The notes below the pieces were generated by a model. The model ran no database searches and was not told where the DNA came from. It worked only from the letters and a program-made list of their open reading frames with translations. A program made the position numbers and the translations under genes. From Macrostomum hystrix (taxonomy: Eukaryota > Animalia > Platyhelminthes), in the NCBI GenBank assembly GCA_950097015.1, contig CATNEN010000038.1:35154001-35218000 (forward strand): 64,000 bases of DNA, written 5' to 3'. Positions 25,801 through 34,800 of the stretch are shown in pieces; positions within the stretch are counted from its first letter, which is position 1; each line of letters starts with the position of its first letter.

Positions 25801-28800
25801 CGCCGTCAACAGAACTGACTTTAACGGGCTAGAAAATAAGCGAAGTCGGTCTATCAATCCGATTCGGAAATGATTGTACACAGAAATTCTTTTCACCGAT
25901 GCCCTGACTGTCTCGCTGGCAACTAGACTAGTAATGTAGTGCCAACATCTAGATAGCCGACACCATAGTCTGGACGCCAACTGACGAACTTGATCGCCCG
26001 CGCCTTCGTGTAGCTCTTCAAGGATTGGCTGACGAATGACCTTGCAAGGACTCGATCCATGAGCAGTCATGGACTCGATTTCGGGCATTGTTTCAGCCTG
26101 CTGATAGCTGACTCCATTCACCATTATTGATCTTCCTTTCTGCTGCGGCGTTCCAAGCTGCTCAATTTGCACTCCGCATTGGTCGTTATCGTACATACAT
26201 TGAGCTTTGAGCTTGCAAACGGAGCGTAGGACGCGGTTGCTGGACTGACCGCGTTTGACTTTCATCTGTAATTAGCCGCCTCTAGAAGCTGGCAGAATTG
26301 TTCCTAAGCGCGCTAACACACGAATGGCTGAATTGCCAAAGAAGATTAAATAGAAATTCTGCACGACAAGCTGTGCCATAGAACTACATAAATCACCAAC
26401 TAAAAACTAATTAACGTCTACCGTTTAACGAGAGCGGGTCAGTGGCAGAGCGGTTGCGTTTGCTTCTCGCACCAATATTCCTGAGTTCGATTCCGCGGCG
26501 AGGCCACATTCATTTGGGGCGCAGCCGCGGAGAGAAGGCTTGGGGGCTTGTCGTGCAACTACGCTCTTGAGGGCCAACCTCCGAGTCACAGTGAAAGTGT
26601 ACACTGCCTGACGACAAGAAAGTCAGGCATATGTACACACCTGTGTGAGTGTGTGCCTGCGTACAGTATCTGTGTGCGTGTGTGCTCAGGAGTCAGCGAA
26701 ATGGGCAGAATTGCCTCCTCGCTGGCTGCGGTTCTAGTGTCACCAAATGTGCCATTGCCCGCAGCCCTCCAGTAATTATTATCGTATAACGAGGCTATTG
26801 TTTTCAGTCGAATGCTCAGTCCAGTCTAGAGCTGGACTCACTCAGTCCAAACCTAAAGTCAACTGTGAATTCCCCGTGAATACTGCAGATTGGCTATTCA
26901 AACACGTCGCCCGATTTAAGCGACACTGTAATCTATCCTTACTACACCCGGATGTCAATCACGACTAGCCTGTACATCAAGCCAACAGTCCTGCTGCTAC
27001 AGAGATACGGCTGGAGAAAATTTGGCCTAATTTCAACTGACAATGCAGCTGTCTATCCTGTGAGCCACTGCAACTAATGAACATGCTTGTGACATCAGTC
27101 ACTCCCCAGACTCGTCACTCTCCTCAGACTCGTCACTCCTCAGACTAGTCACTCCTTCTCAGACTAGTCACTCCTTCTCAGACTAGCCACTCCCCAGACT
27201 CGTCTTTCCTCAGACTCGTCACTCCTTCTCAGACTAGTCACTCCTTCTCAGACTCGTCACTCTCCTCAGACTCGTCACTCTCCTCAGACAAGTCACTCTC
27301 CTCAGACTAGTCACTCTCCTCAGACTAGTCACTCTCCTCAGACTCGTCACTATCCTCAGACTCGTCACTCCTCAGACTAGTCACTCCTTCTCAGACTAGT
27401 CACTCCTTCTCAGACTAGCCACTCCCCAGACTCGTCTTTCCTCAGACTCGTCATTCCTCAGACAAGTCACTCACGTCAGACTCGTCACTCCTTCTCAGAC
27501 TCGTCACTCCTCAGACTCGTCACTCCTCAGACAAGTCACTCCTCAGACTGGTCAATCCACTGAATCGTCACTCCCCAGACTACGACTTCTTGGCAAGCAG
27601 TCTAGAATCCACCTCAACAATCTTCCAGGTAACATTGGAGCTAGAGACAGCGTTTCAAAAGGCCAACTTAACCAGCTACCAGAAAGTGACATTCTCAACT
27701 GACCCAACTGAAGCCATCAGCAACTTGTTGGTGAGTCAAAGAAGCGAGCACGAACTCACCTGAGTTTCATTGCCTGTTCTTCAATGACTCATTGCTATAG
27801 TGACTAAACTCAAACTACTAGGCGCTGGACTTTCGCATCTTTGTCGTCGTCCGCAGTGCCTTGCTGGAGGATCCTGGAAAGCGTCTTGGATGCGTGGCGA
27901 GTTCGATTCAGTTGTTTTCCGAATTCCAAATCTGAAAAAAATTAATGCGGAACTCTCAGATAATCAACAGAGTTGCTGTTAGACACTTGAGTAGCTGTTA
28001 GACACTAGAGTAGCTGTTAGACACTAGAGTAGCTGTTAGACACTAGAGTAGCTGTTAGACACTAGAGTAGCTGTTAGACACTAGAGTAGCTGTTAGACAC
28101 TAGAGTAGCTGTTAGACACTAGAGTAGCTGTTAGACACTAGAGTAGCTGTTAGACACTAGAGTAGCTGTTAGACACTAGAGTAGCTGTAAGACACTAGAG
28201 TAGCTGTTAGACACTAGAGTGGCTGTTAGACACTTGAGTAGCTGTTAGACACTCGAGTAGCTGTTAGACACTAGAGTAGCTGTTAGACACTCGAGTAGCT
28301 GTTAGAAACTAGAGTAGCTGTTAGACACTAGAGTAGCTGTTAGACACTCGAGTAGCTGTTAGACACTAGAGTAGCTGTTAGACACTCGAGTAGCGGTTAG
28401 ACACTCGAGTAGCTGTTAGACACTAGAGTAGCTGTTAGACACTCGAGTAGCTGTTAGAAACTAGAGTAGCTGTTAGACACTAGAGTAGCTGTTAGAAACT
28501 AGAGTAGTTGTTAGACACTAGAGTAGCTGTTAGGCACTCGAGTAGCTGTTAGACACTAGAGTAGCTGTTAGACACTCGAGTAGCGGTTAGACACTCGAGT
28601 AGCTGTTAGACACTAGAGTAGCTGTTAGACACTCGAGTAGCTGTTAGAAACTAGAGTAGCTGTTAGACACTAGAGTAGCTGTTAGACACTAGAGTAGCTG
28701 TTAGACACTAGAGTAGCTGTTAGACACTAGAGTAGCTGTTAGAAACTAGAGTAGTTGTTAGACACTAGAGTAGCTGTTAGGCACTCGAGTAGCTGTTAGA

Positions 28801-31800
28801 CACTAGAGTAGCTGTTAGACACTAGAGTAGCTGTTAGACACTAGAGTAGCTGTTAGACACTAGAGTAGCTGTTAGACACTAGAGTAGCTGTTAGACACTA
28901 GAGTAGCTGTTAGACACTAGAGTAGCTGTTAGACACTAGAGTAGCTGTTAGACACTAGAGTAGCTGTTAGACACTAGAGTAGCTGTTAGACACTAGAGTA
29001 GCTGTTAGACACTCGAGTAGCTGTTAGACACTAGAGTAGCTGTTAGAAACTAGAGTAGCTGTTAGACACTAGAGCAGCTGTTAGACACTAGAGTAGTTGT
29101 TAGACACTAGAGTAGCTGTTAGAAACTAGAGTAGCTGATAGACACTAGAGTAGCTGATAGACACTAGAGTAGCTGTTAGACAGTAGATTAGCTGTTAGAC
29201 ACTCGAGTAGCTGTTAGACACTTGAGTAGCTGTTAGACAGTAGATTAGCTGTTAGACACTCGAGTAGCTGTTAGACACTAGAGTAGCTGTTAGACACTAG
29301 AGTAGCTGTTAGACACTCGCGTAGCTGTTAGACACTAGAGTAGCTGTTAGACACTAGAGTAGCTGTTAGACACTAGAGTAGCTGTTAGATTATAATTATT
29401 CAGTTTAATGACATTAATTACCTTGCCTCTACAGACAGAGATTTTGCTACTTAAAGCAAGGGTCGCCCTACAAAGGGCATAACTTAGCTTTTTCTTAAGC
29501 TCTGTGATTAATAAATTCATGCTTTGATTATCAGCTTGGCAACGAATATTCCTCGCTGCGACTCGCTTCCACTCAGACGGATAATGACAAGGCGTTCCAG
29601 AATTTCCATTCCAATGATAATATAGTTAACTTTTGATATGGGAAATCTGGGAGGGAAAATGAGAAGTGACAGTTTTCTAGGAATATTGCCTACTGGACTT
29701 ATGAAAGAATCTAAGGACAAAAATAGTTCAACTGTTTAAATAAAGAAATTTAAAATATAACTTGGTTTATAGGATCTAAAAGCGATCTCGGAAGTGATGT
29801 ATCGAAGGGATAAAACTTTTTTATAGCTAGTTCAGTTCGAGGAACAGAATAAATGAGATCAAAATAGAATTTCTGTTACTTATTTTAGGGTATCTAGATG
29901 GGATTTCTATTAGGGGATCTAGATGGGATTTCTGTTAGGGGATCTAGATGGGATTTCTGTTAGGGGATCTAGATGGGATTTCTGTTAGAGGATCTAGATG
30001 GGATTTCTGTTAGGGGATCTAGATGGGATTTCTATTAGGGGATCTAGAAGGGATTTTTATTAGGTGATCTAGAAGGGATTTCTGTTAGGGGATCTAGATG
30101 GGATTTTGGTTAGGGGATCTACATGGGATTTCTGTTGGGGGATCTATGTTGGATTTCTGTTAGGGGATCTATGTTGGATTTCTTTTAGAGGATCTAGAAG
30201 AGATTTTTGTTAGGGGATCTAGAAGGGATTTCTGTTTCACGAGATTTGCAAGTTTTAGTTGATCTATTCTAATAAACCCAAATTAAAAGTGAGATAAGCA
30301 GCAGTTAACGATCATTGTCACCACACGAATGATTTCAGCTGAAGAACCTTGGCGCCTTCGGCCCGAAATACATGTGGATTCAGATGGGATTTCCCTACAC
30401 CAACGCCCAGATAGCCGGATCCTGCCCGGACTCAGACAGAGCCGAAAGTCTCGAAAGCGTAATAGAATTCGACAACTTTGTGCTAGACCCGAATTCAATC
30501 GAATCCAACATTGGACCGGCCGCAAAGGTAACGCATGCGATTTGTTTGACATGATTTCAGTGACCCTATGTTTAACTGGCACCAGTATCTAACAGCTACT
30601 CGAGTGTCTAACAGCTACTCAAGTGCCTAACAGCTACTCAAGTATCTAACAGCTACTCTAGTGTCTAACAGCTACTCTAGTGTCTAACAGCTACTCTAGT
30701 GTCTAACAGCTACTCTAGTGTCTAACAGCTACTCTAGTGTCTAACAGCTACTCTAGTGTTTAACAGCTACTCTAGTGTCTAACAGCTACTCTAGTGTCTA
30801 ACAGCTACTCTAGTGTCTAACAGCTACTCAAGTGTCTAACAGCTACTCTAGTGTCTAACAGCTACTCTAGTGTCTAACAGCCACTCTAGTGTCTAACAGC
30901 TACTCTAGTGTCTAACAGCTGCTCTAGTGTCTAACAGCTACTCTAGTGTCTAACAGCTACTCTAGTGTCTAACAGCTACTCTAGTGTCTAACAGCTACTC
31001 TAGTGTCTAACAGCTACTCTAGTGTCTAACAGCTACTCTAGTGTCTAACAGCTACTCTAGTGTCTAACAGCTACTCTAGTGTCTAACAGCTACTCAAGTG
31101 TCTAACAGCTACTCTAGTGTCTAACAGCTACTCTAGTGTCTAACAGCTACTCTAGTGTCTAACAGCTACTCTAGTGTCTAACAGCTACTCTAGTGTCTAA
31201 CAGCTACTCTAGTGTCTAACAGCTACTCTAGTGTCTAACAGCTACTCTAGTGTCTAACAGGTATGCTCAAATCTGACAGGAAGCCTTACCCCAACCCGCG
31301 CAGAACCTCACGGAGCTCTACGCCGATTTCTTGTCGAAATATCCGCGCCGACGCACGGACGCAATGCCCAACACTCTCATGGGGTTCAACATGCGCTTCG
31401 ATGCCGTGCTGGCAACAGCTCTTTCGCTTAACGCCACGCTCAGCCAGGGCTTCAGCTACCCCGCCAGCCAGCAGCTCGGCAACTCATCGTTCAAAGCCGC
31501 TCTGCTGGCCAACATTCGCGGCCTGAACTTCACGGGACTGTCGGTGAGGAGGGAATGAATGTAGGACACTGAAGACATACTGAAGACACACTGAAGACAC
31601 ACTGAAGACACACTGAAGACACTGAAGACACACTGAAGAATCGGATGTAGGACACTGAAGACACACTGAAGAATTGGATATAGGACACTGAAGACACACT
31701 GGAGAATCGGATTTAGGTCACTGAAGACAAACTGAAGACACACTGAAGACACACTGAAGACACACTGAAGAATCGGATGTAGGACACTGAAGACACACTG

Positions 31801-34800
31801 GAGAATCGGATTTAGGCCACTGAAGACAAGCTGAAGACACTGAAAAATCGGATATAGAACACTGAAGACACACTGAAGAATCGGATGTAGGACACTGAAG
31901 ACACACTGAAGAATCGGATGTAGGACACTGAAGACACACTGAAGAATCGGATGTAGGACACTGAAGACACACTGATGAATCGGATGTAGGACACTGAAGA
32001 CGCACTGAAGAATCGGATGTAGGACACTGAAGACACACTGATGAATCGGATTTAGGTCACTGAAGACAAACTGAAGACACACTGAAGAATCGGATGTAGG
32101 ACACTGAAGACACACTGAAGAATCGGATGTAGGACACTGAAGTCACACTGGTGAATCGGATTTAGGTCACTGAAGACAAACTGAAGACACACTGAAGAAT
32201 CGGATGTAGGACACTGAAGACACACTGAAGAATCGGATGTAGGACACTGAAGACACACTGAAGAATCGGATGTAGGACACTGAAGACACACTGAAGAATC
32301 GGATGTAGGACACTGAAGACACACTGAAGACACACTGAAGAATCGGATGTAGGACACTGAAGACACACTGTAGACACACTGAAGAATTGCTTGGAAGAAA
32401 CGAACATTAATATTATTGTGAATTCATCACTTAATTTCTACCTTTTAATTACACTAGGGCAAGGTTCTGTTCGATTATCGAGGCGATAGGTCTTCGTTGG
32501 TGATGTTTTATCAGATCAAAAGTGGGTGCCAAAGATGGTTGTTTCTTATACGGAATAATCTGTGTGTTTTAGTACTTAGAAATGTGCAAATTTTTTTTTC
32601 AGACCTGACAAGACACCTGGTCGGAACCTACGACGAGCTGCTAGGTCGAGTTACTTGGCTGAAGGAAGTCTGGTTTGCTGGTAAGAACGGCTACAAGATC
32701 CTGCAACAAGATCCTAGCTCGTAATAGAGCTTTAGTAGAGCGTCAGATACAGAATCTGACACACAGCATCTGACACACAGCATGTGACACAGCATCTGAC
32801 ACACAGCATGTGACACAGCATCTGACACACAGCATCTGACACAACATCTGACACACAGCATCTGACACAGCATCTGACACAGCATCTGACACACAGCATC
32901 TGACTCAGCATCTGACACAGCATATGACACACAGCATCTGACACAGCATCTGACACACATAGTCTGACACAGCATCTGACACACAGAGTCTGACACAGCA
33001 TCTGACACAGCATATGATACACAGCATCTGACACACAGCATCTGACACACAGCATATGACACACAGCATCTGACACAACATCTGACACACAGCATATGAC
33101 ACACAGCATCTGACACAGCATCTGACACACATAGTCTGACACAGCATCTGACAAACAGCATCTGACACACAGCATATGACACACAGCATCTGACACAGCA
33201 TCTGACACAGCATCTGACACACATAGTCTGACACAGCATCTGACACACAGAGTCTGACACAGCATCTGACACAGCATATGACACACAGCATCTGACACAC
33301 AGCATCTGACACACAGCATATGACACACAGCATCTGACACAGCATCTGACACACATAGTCTGACACAGCATCTGACACACAGCATATGACACACAGCATC
33401 TGACACAGCATCTGACACAGCATCTGACACACATAGTCTGACACAGCATCTGACACAGCATCTGACACACAGCATATGACACACAGCATCTGACACAGCA
33501 TCTGACTCAGCATCTGATACAGCATCTGACACAGCATCTGACACAGCATCTGATACAGCATCTGATACAGCATCTGACACAGAATCTGACTCAGCATCTG
33601 ATACAGCATCTGATACAGCATCTGACACATCATCTGATACAGCATCTGATACAGCATCTGACACAGCATCTTCCAGGGGTTAGCGGAATGGGCGGTCCTC
33701 TCCGCCTCCTCGCTGCGTCCGTCGGTACGGAGCACCCTGCAGCTAAGTTAAGTCAAAGACACAGCATCTGACACAGCATCTGATACAGCATCTGATACAG
33801 CATCTGACACAGCATCTGACACAGCATCTGATACAGCATCTGATACAGCATCTGACACAGAATCTGACTCAGCATCTGATACAGCATCTGATACAGCATC
33901 TGACACATAATCTGATACAGCATCTGATACAGCATCTGACACAGAATCTGATACAGCATCTGACACACAGAGTCTGACACAGCTTCTGACACAGCATCTG
34001 ACACAGCATCTGACCACAAACCCGCAGGCGGAACTCCTCCGGTAGACGCTCCCCAAATCGTCCGCCGCCTCCTGTCAATCAGCGGTGCCAGCCTATCATC
34101 TGTGGTGTCAATATCGTCAATTGGCATCTTCTTGGCCTTGGTTTCGATGTGCGTCAATTTTCATTTCCGTCATCTGCGCCTAATCAAGATGAGTAGTCCC
34201 AACGTCAACTCAGCTATCGGGTTGGGCTGCATTTTCTGCTTTATGTCCTGCATTGTAATGGCCTGCAATTCCTACTGGACAGCCAGGGTGTCGCTGTGCT
34301 GGCTGCAGGGTGTCTCACTGTCCGTTGGCTACTCCCTAGCTTTTGGCGCGATGCTAGCCAAGACTTGGCGGGTTCACCGGATCTTCACCAACAGAAAGCT
34401 GCGCCGACTGGTGGGTGGGGAAAACCGTTGAAAGCTGAGGGTTAGGTAGGTGAAGGACCATTGTTGAGGGGTAGAGAGGGGTAGGGAAGGATCGTTGTTG
34501 AAGGGTAGAGTGGGGTAGGGGAAGAACCATTGTTGAGGGGTAGAGGAAGGACCATTGTTGAGGAGTAGAGAGGGGTAGGGGAAGGACCATTGTTGAGGGG
34601 TAAGGGAAGGACCATTGTTGAGGGGTAAGGGAAGGACCATTGTTGAGGAGTAGAGAGGGGTAGGGGAAGGACTATTGTTGAAGGGTAGAGTGGGGTAGGG
34701 GAAGGACCATTGTTGAGGAGTAGAGAGGGGTAGGGGAAGGACTATTGTTGAAGGGTAGAGAGGTGTAGGGGAAGGACCATTGTTGAAGGGTAGAGTGGGG

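Noticed and set aside
27972-31260. Foldback transposon with tandem-repeat TIRs
   Set aside because: No TSD seen, and the enclosed exon is a collinear, required part of the host receptor.
31456-34157. Cys-rich or low-complexity minus-strand ORFs (also 16339-17414, 23194-23632, 34354-34985, 49335-50311, 59509-60356, 61801-63046)
   Set aside because: Stop-free translations of minisatellites, mostly with non-ATG starts and open in several frames.
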